A DNA stretch of 64,000 nt, taken from the NCBI RefSeq assembly GCF_030028105.1, contig NC_092377.1:123398242-123462241 (forward strand), in the 5' to 3' direction. Shown piece by piece: positions 37,135-50,489 of the stretch. The stretch is from Mobula birostris (taxonomy: Eukaryota). Made by a program: the position numbers and the translations under genes. The notes under the pieces were generated by a model that saw only the letters and a program-made list of their open reading frames with translations, did not search any database and was not told where the DNA came from. Each line of letters begins with the position of its first letter. Positions within the stretch are counted from its first letter, which is position 1.

Positions 37135-37983
37135 CTGTTACAATAAAGAGTATTTAAGTTCAATCGCAATTCACAATTCCAAAGCACTTTGGCATACCAT
37201 ACAAGAAGAACTCAGCGGGCAAGGCAACGTCGTTAGAAAGGAATAAACAGTCGATGTTTCGGGCCAAGGCTGTTCATCGGGACCTGCCCAAAGGTGTCCT
37301 CCAGCATTGTGCACGCATTACTCTGAATTTTGCAGTATCTAAAGTATCTTTTGTGTTACCACTATCCCAGTCACGACTACAAAAAATGAGCACAACTAAC
37401 ACTAATACAAAGTTTTGAACGGACCCTGAACCAAATGGAAGGAGGTTCGCACAAGTGGATTTCTTTGCGGAAACATCCAACCTCCAAACATGTGTTTTTT
37501 TTTTTTTTTTCAAACCATGTGATTAAAAGCCTTTTTGTAACGACAGGTATCTTCCAATGACAATTTAGAATTTGTTTCTTACGTTCTGGTGTTTGAACGC
37601 ACAGCGCTGTTAATTAAGAGTGTTACACTACTCGGGCATTTTAATTATTTTTGTGTGTGCAACTAAGAAAAACAAAATTCAATGCAGCAGAGATCAATTA
37701 AAGATGAAAATCGATACGGGAATCCTCAAATAAAGTCGCTGGTTCTCAGCCAAAAGAAGACATAGCGTCATTGTTGTTATGCAATGTGGATAAGAGTTTG
37801 AGAGCATTTCAAACAAAATACAAGTTAGAGTATATGGCGTGCGAGATATTTGCAGAGGATAAGAGGGAAAGAGAGTGAGAGAGCGGCAGGGGGAGAGAAA
37901 AAGAGAGACAGAGACGATCGCCCAGGTTCAGTATTGCTGACCTTTGATTCTGTGTTAGGCAACAATTACACCTCAGTCCTTAC

Positions 37984-38271
37984 CTGATGATTCGTGGTGG
38001 AATGTTCCGTTACTGGTACCGTGTACGTTCACCGCAACACAGGAGATGAGTTGCACGGCACCAGCCTGGTGACTCAATATCAGTGAGCCCTGCGTGACGA
38101 ATTTCTCCAGCATGAAGCCGGTGACACGGAAACGTTTGCTCTGCCCGTATAGAGCCTTCCCATTGACTCTCCAGGTGATGGTTGCTGCTGGTTTGGCTTT
38201 CACCTTACACGTACAGTTGATCCAACTCTCAAAGCTTGTGCAGGTCGGGCCAGACACATTCTCGGGTGGAT
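37984..38271 (-). CDS. Siglec-like gene, exon 4, membrane-proximal Ig domain (MAG domain-5-like CxC pattern)
   Basis: ttctttag|..G|GTAAGG, 288 nt phase 1-1; YPPENVSGPTC..INCTCKVKAKPAATITW..ISCVAVNVHG. Confidence 0.88.
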
Positions 38272-39254
38272 CTAAAGAATTAAGTCATTTGTACAGATAT
38301 CTTGCGACATGCAGCTCATGAAATAAAGTGGATTGAGATTTCATCCTCCAGTGCCTGTCTCACTAACCCTCTCTCCACTCTCTAATTTATATTGAATCTA
38401 TACCGTCTACTCTTACAGAGTTTCAGCAAGAAACGTTGAAAATTCTTGCACGAACTTCACCACCCACGCCCCTCTCCTTCTCACCTCACTGATTTACCTG
38501 GACCAGCTGTGTAAGCTCCCCATGACGAATCTAATACCAGACCAAAAGCATTTTAATATCGTGAATGGACTGAAGCATCGGAATATCTTCCTTGTGCTAG
38601 GCAAGGTCTTATTATCTCGGGGAACTAAGAAACATTGATCCGAGTCCAATATGAGCTCAGCAGTAACCATTAATTTACATTAATTGGCTTGATATTTATT
38701 TATCTTTTTTTTCACTCTTCAAACTCTACCCCTCACCAACCCCAACAAAAGTAGGTAGAATTTGCAGTGTATAATTAACCAAGAGAGAGGTTGCAATGTC
38801 ATTAAGTACTTCAGATTATTTACTAGTGGGGAATGGGACAGGATAGATCTACCCAAGTAACTGTCCACTGCATATGTCTGAGATTCAATGACTAAGATTT
38901 AATTTTAATATGGTTTCATTCAGGAGGCACACTGAACCTGGGTTCAGTTGTGTCCTCGTGTGATCATGGTGTGGATCTCTCACGTTCCCTTTAAAAGATT
39001 TATTTTAGTTAGTGCGAAAAATGGTGATAACAAGAAGGGCTGGAAGCCAGAGAACATTATTCAAATTGAATCCGTGGAGGCGCATGCCGATCGCAAAGGC
39101 ATTCTTCATGACAATGTGTCAAGAAAATTGCATCTACGTTTTGCTGCAGAAGTATAGGTGACAATTTAAGTGAAAGACTGCTGGCAACGATGGTGTGGAA
39201 GCAGTGTACGTGTTCCATTTATTGTTATAATATCACGGTGTTATCCAGCATGGT

Positions 39255-39550
39255 GTGGGCACGTGGCCAAATGTTTAAGGCATTGAACTAGTGATCTGAA
39301 GGTCGTGAGTTCGAGCCGCAGTCGAGGCAACGTGTTATGTCCTTGGGCAAGGCGCTTACCTAAACAGTGCTCTGCGACGACACTGGTGCAAAGCTGTATC
39401 GGCACTTGCCCTTCCTTTGGACAACATTGGTGTCGTGGAGAGGGGAGACTTGCAGCATGGGCATCTGCTGGTCTTCCATACAACCTTGTCCAATTAGCGA
39501 AGATTTTCCAGGCGCAGATCCATGGTCTCGCAAGACGAACTGATGCTTAT
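39255..39550 (+). mobile_element. tRNA-derived CORE-like SINE
   Basis: A box TGGCCAAATGTTTAAGG, B box GAGTTCGAGCC, CORE-like GTCCTTGGGCAAGGCGCTTACC. Confidence 0.75.
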
Positions 39551-41199
39551 ATCCAGCACGGAAAAGGGACCCTTGGTCTTACTCACTCATGCTGAACAAT
39601 CTGTTGCCCTGAGTCACACTCGTTTGCCCTCGTTTAGTCCAAAACACTCTATACCTTTCATATCCATGAAACAACCAAATATCTATTAATTGTACTCGCT
39701 TCAACGACACCCTCCAGCAACATGTTGCCGAAACCCTCTATTATTTGCGTAAAGAATGTTGCCCTTCGTGTCCGCATTAAATCTGGCTACTCAGGCGTCA
39801 CGCTGAGAAAGGGATCTGCGAAGCTCCGCTCTGTCAATAGACATCGGAGTTTTATGCACCCCCACTACTCCGCTTTAGATAAAACAGAACCGTCCATCTA
39901 GACTCTCCACGTGTCGAGTCCCGTGAATCGTGCGTGCACACTCCTTAAATTAATCAGATGTTCCCTGCAATATGGCGAACAGAATTGCCCACAATTAAGC
40001 AAATTTATCAAATTGCCTCCTGTGCATTCAAAAATTAAGTAACTTGATATTCGCCAGAGGGGCTTTATGTGCAAGAGACCTCAGAAAATCCGTTTGCAAG
40101 CCTATGGCAAGGAGATGTCAATCTGTCGTTGGGTCTTAAGAAAATGTGGTCGGTGTGTGGGGGAAAAAAATACTGCGGTCAGAACCCAGTCACGACAATG
40201 TAGGCAAACTGGGTGGGCACGGGGCAATTGGTCCGGTTCTGATTCACTGCATTTTTTCATTGCTAATGCTTGATTTTGGAGCACTCATCGGCTAATGTGC
40301 CTACACTGGTACAAAAAAAAAAAAATTAATGGCAGTGGCAAAGCCCAAGAGCAGTCCAGTACATAACAATCTTCAGGTTAATTGTAGCAGCTCAACAATA
40401 GGTCCATTCAGTCGCGAAATCAGTGTAGGCATTAATTTGTGACTGACACGCTACACGTAACCTTTTAAAAGGTATTATCAGAAACCATGGAAACACCTGT
40501 GCGACCCCGATAGACCCTCCACGTAAATCAGATTAATGTACCAGAGCAAGCTGCTGGGCAGAACAATACATGGTCCACTCCGATATCTGAATTTAAACCT
40601 TACCCCGCAATCATCACTTCGTACTGTATATTCTCGCCCCCTTAAAACATAAAACCATAAAAGTATTAAACTCTACCCCTCACTCACCCCAACAAAACCA
40701 GCTAGAATTTGCAGTGTATAATTAAGCCAGAGGGAGGCTGCAATGTCATTAAGTACTTCTGATCATTCACTAGTAGGGAATGGGACAGGATAGATCTACC
40801 CAGATAACTGTCTACTGCATATATCTGAGTTTCAATGACTATGATTAAATTTTAGTATGGTTTCATGCAGGAGGCACACAGAACCTGGGTTAAGTTGTGT
40901 CCTCGTGTGATCATTGTGTGGATCTCTCGCGTTCCCTTTGAAATTTTATTCTAGTTAGTGAGGAAAATGGTGATAACAAGAAGGGCGGGAAGCCAAAAAC
41001 CATTATTCATATTGAATCCGTGGAGGCGTATGGTGATCGCAAGGGCGTTCTTCATGACAATGTATCAAGAAAATTGCATCTACGCTTTGCTGCAGAAGTA
41101 TAGGTGACAATTTCAGTGAAAGACAGTTGGCAACGATGGTGTGGAAGCTGTGTACGTGTTCCATTTATTGTTATAATGGAATGGTGTTATCCAGCATGG

Positions 41200-41495
41200 T
41201 GTGGGCACGTGGCCAAATGTTTAAGGCATTGAACTAGTGATCTGAAGGTCGTGAGGTCGAGTCCCAGGCGAGTCAGCCTGTTGTGTTCTTGAGCAAGGCA
41301 CTTACCCACGCAGTGCTCTGCGACGACACTGGCGCCAAGCTGTACCCTCCCTTGCCCTTCCCTTGGACAACAATAGTGTTGTGGAGAGGGGAGACTTGCA
41401 GCATGGGCAACTGCCGGTCTTCCATACAACCTTGTCCAATTACTGAAGATTTTCCAGACGCAGATCCGTGGTCTCGCAAGACGAACTGATGCTTA
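41200..41495 (+). mobile_element. tRNA-derived CORE-like SINE (duplicated copy)
   Basis: Paralog of 39255-39550 inside the tandem duplication. Confidence 0.75.
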
Positions 41496-42706
41496 TATCC
41501 AGCACGGAAAAGGGGCCCTTGCTCTTACTCACTCATGCTGAACAATCTGTTGCCCTGAGTCACACTCATTTGCCCTCGTTTAGTTCAAAACGCTCTATAG
41601 CATTCATATCCATGAAACAACCAAATATCTATTAATTGTACTCGCTTCAACGACTCCCTCAAGAAACATTTTGCCGAAACCCTCTATTACTTGCGTAAAG
41701 AATGTTGCACTTCGTGTCCGCATTAAATCTGGTCCCTCAGGGTTCACGCTGAGAAAGGGATCTGTGAAGATCTGCTCTGTCAATAGACATCGGAGTCTTA
41801 TGCACCCCCACTACTCCGCTTTAGATAAAACAGAACCGTCCATCTAGACTCTCCACGTGTCGAGTCCCGTGAATCGTGCTTGCACACTCCTTAAATTAAT
41901 CAGATGTTCCCTGCAATATGGCGAAGAGAATTGCCCACAATGAAGCAATTTTATCAAATTGCCTCCTGTGCATTCAAAAATTAAGTAACTTGATATTCGC
42001 CAGAGGGGCTTTATGTGCAAGAGACCTCAGAAAATCCGTTTGCAAGCCTATGGCAAGGAGATGTCAATCTGTCGTTGGGTCTTAAGAAAACGTGGTGGGT
42101 GTGTGGGGGAAAAAAAATACTGCGGTCAGAACCCAGTCACGACAATGTATGCAAACTGGGCGGGCACGGGGCAATTGGTCTGGTTCTGATTCATTGCATT
42201 GTTTCATTGCTAATGCTTGATTTTGGAGCACTCATCGGCTAATGTGCCTACACTGGTACAAAATAAAAATAATTAAGGGCAGTGGCAAAGCCCAAGAGCA
42301 GTCCAGTACATAACAGTCTTCAGGTCAATTGTAGAAGCTCAACAATAGGCCCATTCAGTCGCGAAATCACTGTAGGCATTAATTTGTGACTGATAGTCTA
42401 CTCGTAACCTTTTAAAAGGTATTGTCAGAAACCATGGAAACACCTGTGCGACCCCGATAGACCCTCCACGTCAATCAGATTAATGTACCAGAGCAAGCTT
42501 CTGGGCAGAACAATACATGGTCCACTCCGATATCTGAATGTAAACCTTACCCCTCAATCATCACTTTGGACTGTATATCCTCGCCCCTTTAAACCATAAG
42601 ACCATAAAAGTATTAAGGAACCATGAAGGAAGTAATTATTATTTAAGGAAAGCAACGGGTGAATTCATGTTCACCATTATTGACTATAGCTTTGGGAAAC
42701 ACTCAC

Positions 42707-43009
42707 AGTGGACATCCAGCGTAAAATATGCCGTATTTCTCCGGCTGGTACCATCCGTTGTAACTTCACAACCAATACGTTTACTGTCATGCTTCGGTGA
42801 AGGAGTGAATGTGAATTTAGTGGAGATATTCTGAGGACTCTGAATAGTCTCGCCGTTTTCTTTTGAACCTTGAATTATTGCCATCAGTTCTTCGTCGAGA
42901 ATCCATTTTAGCCTGAATTGGGCGGATGGACAACTGTGATTTAGTGAGCAGGTCAGGTAGCTCATTCGCCCAGCGACGACGTCTTGAGGAACTGATATCT
43001 GTGGTTCAG
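42707..43009 (-). CDS. Siglec-like gene, exon 3, C2-set Ig domain 2
   Basis: ttaacag|..T|GTGAGT, 303 nt phase 1-1; EPQISVP..LTCSLNHSCP..W..FTPSPKHDSKRIGC..TLDVH, including the extra HSCP Cys typical of Siglec domain 2. Confidence 0.9.
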
Positions 43010-43257
43010 CTGTTAATAAAGGTAATTGATATATCATGAAATACTTTTTTTGTATGTTTTTATTGAAGTTGATCATCAAACAAACATTTCAATAGGATGT
43101 ACTTCAGATACTGTGCGTAAATATCATACAATCATATTTGTCAAATATTTTTAATTCAAAAATAAAATAATTGGAATATTCTTGTCTCACTCCCCGGTAG
43201 GACAGATTTGCACCGTCAATATTAAGTCAATGTAATAAAATTGCAATTGCGTGTTAG

Positions 43258-43950
43258 AACCATAGAACATTACAGCACAAAAAACAGGACATTCGGCCCT
43301 ACGACTCTGTGCCGAAAATTTATTCCGCTAGTCCCATTGACCTGCACCCAGTCCATAACCCTCCAGACCTCTCCCATCCATGTACTTATCCGATTTATCC
43401 TTAAAACTTAAGGGTGAGGCCGCATTTACCACTTCAGATGGCAGCTCGTTTCACACTCCCACTACAATCTGAGTGAAGAAGTTCCCCCTAATGTTCCCTC
43501 TAAACCTTTCCCCTTTCACCCTAAAGCCATGTCCTCTCCTATTTATCTCTGTCAATCGAAGTGGAAAAAGCCTATTCGCATTTACTCTGTCTATACCCCT
43601 CATAATTTTGGAAACCTCTATCAAATCTCCCCTCATTCTTTTACGCTCCAAGGAATAAAGTTCTAACCTGTTCAATCTTTCCCTGTAACTCAACTCCTGA
43701 AGACGCGGCAACATCCTAGTAAATCTTCTCTGCACTCTTTCAATCTTACTGATATCCTTCCTACAGATAGGTGTCCAGAACTGCACACAATACTCCAAAT
43801 TTGGCCTCACCAATGTCTGATACAAACTCACCATAACATCCTAACTCCTATACCCAGTACAATGATTTATGAATACCAGGATGCCAAAAGCTTTCTTTAC
43901 AACCCTGCCTAACTGTGACGCCACTTTCAGGGAATTATGTATCTGAACTC
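43258..43950 (-). mobile_element. CR1 3' fragment
   Basis: LYQTLVRPNLEYCVQFW..ERVQRRFTRMLP..RGHGFRV. Confidence 0.88.
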
Positions 43951-44139
43951 CCAGATCCCTTTGTTCCTCGGTATTTTCAGCATTTCCCGGCGGCCAGATC
44001 AAGTCCCAATTTAACAGCAATGGCAAATAAAAATAAGAAAAGGACAAGCGGAGCCGCAATTATTGCAGTAGTCTAGTCTTAGAGTGGTGAGGATTTGGCT
44101 CCCGAGTTTCAACAATAAGAGGTCTCTAAGAACATTGTT

Positions 44140-46460
44140 ATAGCAGTGCTAATGGTTTCAGAGGCTGTTTTATCTATTTTTTGTTTGTTTGTTATTCAGC
44201 TCTCTGGGGGATGTCCAGCTTCCCGGGTAGTCAGACCTGCACCAAATGCACCGAGCTGTAGCTACTCATAGCAAGTCTCAAGAAGTTAGAGCGGCAGCAC
44301 GACGACCTTCGCCTCATACGGGAAACAGAGGAGGCCATAGTTATGAGCCACAGTTTATGGAGATAATCACGTGTAAGTTGCAAAATGCAGCTAAATGTGT
44401 GACTGTCCGGAGAGGGAAAAGAACTGGGCAGCCAGTTCAGTGTGTCCCTGCGGACGTTCCTTTCAATATTCAGTATAATGCTTTGGATAATGTTTGGGGA
44501 ACAATCTATCCTAGAGGAGCTGCAGCGACAGGTTCTCCGGCTCTAAGCCTGAAGTGGCTCAGAAGGTAAAGGAGAGAGGGTAATTACGGAAGTGGTAAGA
44601 GATTCCACAGTTAAAGGAATAGACAGGAGATCCTGAGGAAGATAAGCACACCCGGATGAGCTGCCTCCCAAGTGCCAGTTTCAAGGATTTTGCGGTCATG
44701 TCCACGACATTGTAATGGAGATAAATAGTGTCTTAGTGAATATTGGCACCATTGCCATAAGTAGGAAAATGGAGGAGGTTATGAAGTGGGAATGCAGGGA
44801 ACTTGGAAGAAAGCTGAAAAGCAAGGCCTGATGGACAGCAATCTCTGGTTTCTGTCTTTCCCACACACCAGTAAGGGTAGAAATGGGCTGAAATTTCATA
44901 GGGAATGCACAGCAAAGAAAATGGTGAAGGAGCCACCTGATTTTCGATCATTGGGATCTCTTCTGAGGAATGTATTACCTGGACAAAAGGGACATGTTAC
45001 GCCTCAACCCGAAGTGGATCAATATGCTTGCTGGCATGTTGGTTAGAACAGTTAAGCATGTGATGGGAAGCTTAGTGGCAGTGCTGAGAATGGGGCATCT
45101 GGTGTTCAAATAGATGCAGTGTTCTTTATGAGTCTGTGAGGACCGGCAGGCATATCAAAAATGCAAAATTGCAATCAGTTGGTTATCCTGCTGTGTAGCA
45201 CAGGGTCAAAATCGTTAAGGAGACTAACACAGGTCTGAAGGGGTTATATCTGAAGGCACACAATGTATAGAATAAGGTAGATTATCTTGCAGGGCATCGG
45301 ACATTGCCTTGTATGACGCTGTGGCATCACTGAAGCGTGGCTGAAATAGGATTATATTTATCAGTTTAAAGTCCAAAGAACACATCGTATGGAAAAAAAT
45401 AGGCAATTGACTAAGGGTAGGCTTGGCTCCGTTGGTAAAATATGAAAAAGAAATATTTTGGAAGAGGTGACAAGGGAGCAGAAGAAGCAGAATTCTTGGT
45501 GTTAGTGTTAAGAAATTTCAAAGTTAAAAGACCCTGGTGCGAGTTGTGTGCAGCCTTCCGAGCAGTAGCTAAGATGTGGTCTAAAAATTACAACGGAGGA
45601 CAGAGAAGGCATAGCAGAAGGACAAGGTTTCGAACTCATGGAGGGTTTCAATGTGTAGGTAGATTGAGAAGATTAGGTTGCTGATTTATCCGAAGATAGA
45701 AATTTTCGAGAATAACTTTGAAATGGGCTTTTCGAACAGCTTCTTATTGAATCCACTCGTGAATATATATTCTGGATTGAGTACTGTGTCGTAAACGGAT
45801 TTAATTAGGGAACTTGCGTTAATGAACCCAGTAGGAGACAGTGACCATCATATACAAATGAAAAATTCGCATTGATTTCGAGAGTACAAGATAATACAAA
45901 CAAGAATATAATTTTGGTGATTTATTGTAATGTTGAGGTATTACTGGGAGTATTTTTAGCAGTTTTTGTCCCCTATCTTGGAAAGGATGTGCTGACATTA
46001 GAGACGGATCAAAGTAGGTTCACGAAAATTATTGCAGTAATAAAAGGCTTATCATATGAGGAACGTTTGATAGCTGTGGACCTGTATTCGCTGGTATACA
46101 AAAGAATAGGTTGGGGTCTCATTGAAACATATCGAATGTTGAAAGGCCTAGATAGAGTGAACGTGCAGAGAATGTCTGTGAAAGTGGGCGATTCTAATAC
46201 CAGAGGGCATAACCTCAGAATAGAGGGACGCACCTTTCCAACGCAAGTAACGAGGAATTTCTTTAGTTAGAGTCTGGTAAATCCGTGGAATTCGGTACCA
46301 CAGGCGGATGAGCTGGCCAGGTTATTAGAAGTATTTAAGGCGGAGGTGATGTGCTCTGGATTAGTCATGTTGTAAAAGGGAAATGGATCGATCTTAATGA
46401 AATGGCTGAGCAGACTCGATGGGCCTAAAGGCCTAATTCGCCTTGTAAATCCTATGGACT
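44140..46460 (+). mobile_element. Decayed, internally deleted CR1 (ORF1, EN and RT-end remnants)
   Basis: CTKCT/DDLRLIRE-like ORF1 remnants; LGKDVLTLE..GLSYEERL..RGHNLRI. Confidence 0.7.
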
Positions 46461-46693
46461 TCTCGTCCCCAAACGTTAATGACACGGACTTGTGCCCATT
46501 CAATATTTATTGTTGGGATGTTTTAATCACTAAATGGTTGTCTGAGAACGTAAAATATTAATAAAGATTGGCCGCGAATGCACATCATCAGACATTCGAA
46601 CGACATGTTTTAGCAGAGAGGCATCAATTCATTAATGTTTCCAGATCAACTTCTGTGTGTCTATTTCTTTCTCCTGTGCGTGTATGTGTGATT

Positions 46694-46706
46694 GAGAGAG
46701 AGAGAG

Positions 46707-46750
<44 letters not shown>
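46694..46750. repeat. (GA)n microsatellite
   Basis: Seen directly. Confidence 0.95.
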
Positions 46751-46755
<5 letters not shown>

Positions 46756-46790
46756 AAAAACAAGTGTCTTACTAGCTCTTCTTTCAGTTA

Positions 46791-46824
46791 GTCCTGACGA
46801 AGGGTCTCGGCCCGAAACGTCGAC
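46791..46824 (+). ncRNA. Minimal type I hammerhead ribozyme, best-preserved copy, in a PLE terminal fragment (~46768-46889)
   Basis: GTC-CTGACGA-A-GGGTC TC GGCCC-GAAA-CG-TC^GAC. Confidence 0.72.
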
Positions 46825-47686
46825 AGTACCTCTTCCTAGAGATGTTCTCTGGCCTGCTACGTTTACCAGCAACTTTTATGTGTGTTGCAGGTTATAACTA
46901 TACGCTCTTCCATTTAGCAAAGTGCTGATTTTATGGAAATGTACAACATTTTGAAGACTTCTAACAGCTTAACGGTTAGCCTGGCTCTGTTTGCAGAAAC
47001 AGGAGTCACATACTGAAAATTACAGTTTAACATTCGGGACCAAAAGCAGGAAGTTGTTCGTGCATTGATCGTGGGTAACATTTGAATTCACTAAGGGCTC
47101 CTGCGGAACAGAAAGAGAGTGAGTTGAAACGTACAGAACAGTGGAAGAAACTTATGGCGACATCATTAGATGCATTTAATGTTGGAAATTTCACATTGAG
47201 AAAGTTGAGAGAAGTATAGCCTCCGCGGACCCCTTTATGAAGAAATCCGGTCAGTGGTTCGGTTTTTAATCTTATCCGAGAATATTTATGGAAGGCATAG
47301 ATATTCTGCATGTGGCATAGCAACGTTATTAGCTGCAGTGACATGAACGTACAAATCATATGCTGACTGATATTTTGCAGGGACAACATTACCTTGGGCG
47401 TGTAGGTTGTGCTAGAACACAGTGAGTTGGGGAATAGAATAGATTAGAACATGAGATTAGATTATGAGGAATACAATAGATGCCTGGCTATAATAGATGT
47501 TATCATATCAACAATAAATCGGGGTCACCAGCTAACAAACATTCGGATAGCTGTAGGAGCAAAACCAAAGGTTGGAGAAGAAACACGGGAGACGATATAC
47601 ATCGATATAAATAATGCGTATATACATAATACGTATCTGTAAAACGTCAATATAAACTAGAAACGCAGATCTAGAAGAAAACTTAC

Positions 47687-48055
47687 TTATAACAGAAACT
47701 GTGACGCAGCCATGCTCATTTCCTTTCGTTAGCCCACTTAGGTTTTCCAAGGTCACCCTGAAGCAATAGACGCCTTTGTCAGCAAAGCTGACGCCTTTAA
47801 TCCGTAAGGAACATTCATTCTGAGCTAGGTTGCCAGTGAATTCTGCTCGTCGTTCATAAATAGAGGATATTTTTCCTTTCTTGTAGATAATAAAAACTTC
47901 TTTCTCTAGAGGATCAGATCCCCCTTTTAACCACATACCGTGTGGGTTATAGAGTCCCTTCCTCTGGTCAAATGTGCACTGGAACTCCATACAGCTACCG
48001 TACACAGCCCAGAGTGTCCGCGGAACATTCACAGAAAGTGACGTGGTCTGTACAA
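47687..48055 (-). CDS. Siglec-like gene, exon 2, V-set Ig domain with essential Arg
   Basis: ttgtttcag|..A|GTAAGT, 369 nt phase 1-1; GSCMEFQCTF, W, ECSLRI, DKGVYCFRV (Arg codon 47759-47757). Confidence 0.92.
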
Positions 48056-49008
48056 CTGAAACAAAACAATCAATCAAGTATCCATACAATGAGGTGAAAG
48101 TATGATTGATGGTACTTGACCCGGACAAATACACCGGACTGACTTGCAAATTAAATACAATCGACCGAAATAGTGCTGTAGAGCAACGGGCCCTAGAGCT
48201 GTGGTACATTGTCCTTTGGAAGTGGAGACCAACGCAGAGCAGGTTGTAAGGATGTTTTTTGTCACGCATTATCTACCATGGCATTACCTACAGGTGTTGC
48301 GGTGTCATGTTACAGCTAAGAACATATTGCTGAGTCTACACTTCTAGATCTCTATGCATTTCTGGGCGACCTACGAAAGGAAAGATAGCAACAAGTGATT
48401 AAAAAAAAAATCGGAAAGGGTTTCGCGAAGACTCAACCGGAGTTGAAGTACTTATGTGCTAAGGAAAGATCAGATAGCCTGGCTATACAGAGACGCGTGA
48501 GTGATGACATTCTAGATGTTTGCAAAATCACGGATTTCTGCCATAAGTTTAATGGCCATAGTCTCTTTCTAGGTGTAGTAGAGTGTGAAGCGAAAAAGGA
48601 TCATTGGTTTAAATAGAGAGGAGAAAGATTTCAAAAGGAATTGAAAGTCAACATTGACACAGAGGGTGGTGGGTTTGTGGTTCGGGCTGTCAGAGACGTG
48701 GAAGGTGTAGATACAATCACGGCCTTTAAATAAACAGGACAGATGCGCAGATCAGAAAGGAATAGAGAGAAATGGGCCTAACGCGGACAACTGGACTAGC
48801 TCCAGGAGAGTACATTAGTCATGGAAGATTAGTCGGCATGGAAGAGCTATGCTGGAGGGCCTGGCTCCACGCTGTATATCCGTCTGTCTCTTCCTGACAT
48901 ATCATACTTATATTAAATTGTGTTGTTAAATCTCGAGCACACAACAACTTGGTGTGCAATAGGAATAATTTATCCAGGGCTGCATTAGCAATATTTTAAA
49001 ATGCATAC

Positions 49009-49051
49009 CTGTAGCATGAAACAGAATGGAAATCAGCTGAGCAAATGCCAT
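49009..49051 (-). CDS. Siglec-like gene, first coding exon, signal peptide
   Basis: Kozak ACAACCATGG; MAFAQLISILFHAT then G|GTATGC phase 1, matching exon 2. Confidence 0.8.
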
Positions 49052-50489
49052 GGTTGTAGTAGCTGGATACTGAAATTTAAAAACAAAACCTGCAATTCCA
49101 CAATGGAGCCGCTTTTATGCACTTAAACGTCTCTTTAGCGCTTGTACCAGCTGTTTGCCGAACGGTCGCTATACTTCAGGAGATCAAACTTTGTTGCTTG
49201 CATTCACACCGCCTCTGTCTGCGCTTGCAATACCACTTCACCATCAAAGAACAGAAGCGTAAGAACTTACCGGAAGTAAAATTAGGTTAAACCTCCCCAG
49301 AATGGCCCACCGCAATCACGAAATGCAATAGGCCAGTCTGGTGTCCGACCACAGCCGCGCACTGTCCCAAAATTGTAGATTATTATCTCTAGAGACAGTG
49401 GACTTCTATAAGCGGGAATGAACTTCTCGCAACCCGTGTTATTTGCGTGCGATGAATGTTGGCGTTTGTCGTGTAGGCACTTTCTCCGGAAATCATTATT
49501 CCCCGCCTTCGATTTGCTCTCGCCTCGAAATGTCAAGAGTACGAGGACTGTTTCAGTAAATATGTTGACCAGCGTCATCATGCTTCCTGTAAAATGACCG
49601 CAGTAAGTTGCGTCCACACCCAGACGACAGGACAGCTGTCTATCCAAATGCCACGAGGAAGGTCACCTGGGAAGAGTCAACATTTCTGCAAAGGAAAGTA
49701 GCAATAAGTCATGTATTACAGACCAGTGTGAGTCATATTATTTATGAGAGGTCTTTGGAGAGGATATTGAGGGATGACACACGTGTTTCTTTCAGGTTAT
49801 TAAGTGCGACTTTTTGAAGATATTAGATGTTTTAAAAACATGATTAAGATTTTTGAAGGATGCTTTACGTGGCATGTGACCTGTACGCTATCTTCATAAC
49901 TTTCCTTCAACTGACCACTAGACATCTTGATGTATAATCAGCTCAATTATTCTAACTCCCTTTTGAGCAAAGGAACATATGCTACTCTCAAGTCCTCCGA
50001 GATACCGCTGTTCCTGGTGAAGACACAAATATCTTTCTCCATGCTTCAGCAATCACCTCACGCGTACTTTAATGTTTAACTTCTAAATCTTCCTAAATCG
50101 CTGTATCTCAGAACTATTGCCCCATATTCTGCGTGCCGAACTACAAATCCGCATAGACCTATGTACTTCTGCCCGCACCATATCTTCCATACCTCTGCCA
50201 TCGGCGTACCTATACAAATATTTCTTAGACATTTGGAATCGAACCAGCGTCCACTGACAGCTCGTGCGAAGCTCTTCCCACTCTCTGGGTGAATTAGTTC
50301 CATCACATGTTCACTGTAATCATCTCATATTTCACTATTAACCCATATACTCTAGTTCAGGTTTCACACAATCCCAGTGAAAAAGTGTTTACATTTACAC
50401 TACCTTTGCCTCTCATATTTTGTACACTTATATCAAATTTCCCCTTTCTCTTATCCTCTGTGAAATAAAGTCTCAAAAAAAAAACATAA

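Larger units (their letters stand above)
38721..42616. repeat. ~1.95-kb tandem duplication within intron 3
   Basis: Unit 1 ~38721-40667 and unit 2 ~40668-42616 share start (AAACTCTACCCCTCAC), end (ACCATAAAAGTATTAA) and interior with scattered substitutions. Confidence 0.92.

Noticed and set aside
37359-37425. Hydrophobic ORF piece FVLVLVVLIFC with a phase-1 acceptor as Siglec TM exon
   Set aside because: Only ~11 hydrophobic residues and it runs into a PLE-derived repeat; 37044-37134 gives a full TM with good splice sites
39255-39330. tRNA gene
   Set aside because: A/B boxes continue into a CORE-like SINE body present three times; no clean cloverleaf
47532-48269. 245-aa single-exon protein
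   Set aside because: Only 47687-48055 is Ig-like and bounded by splice sites; the flanks are intronic read-through
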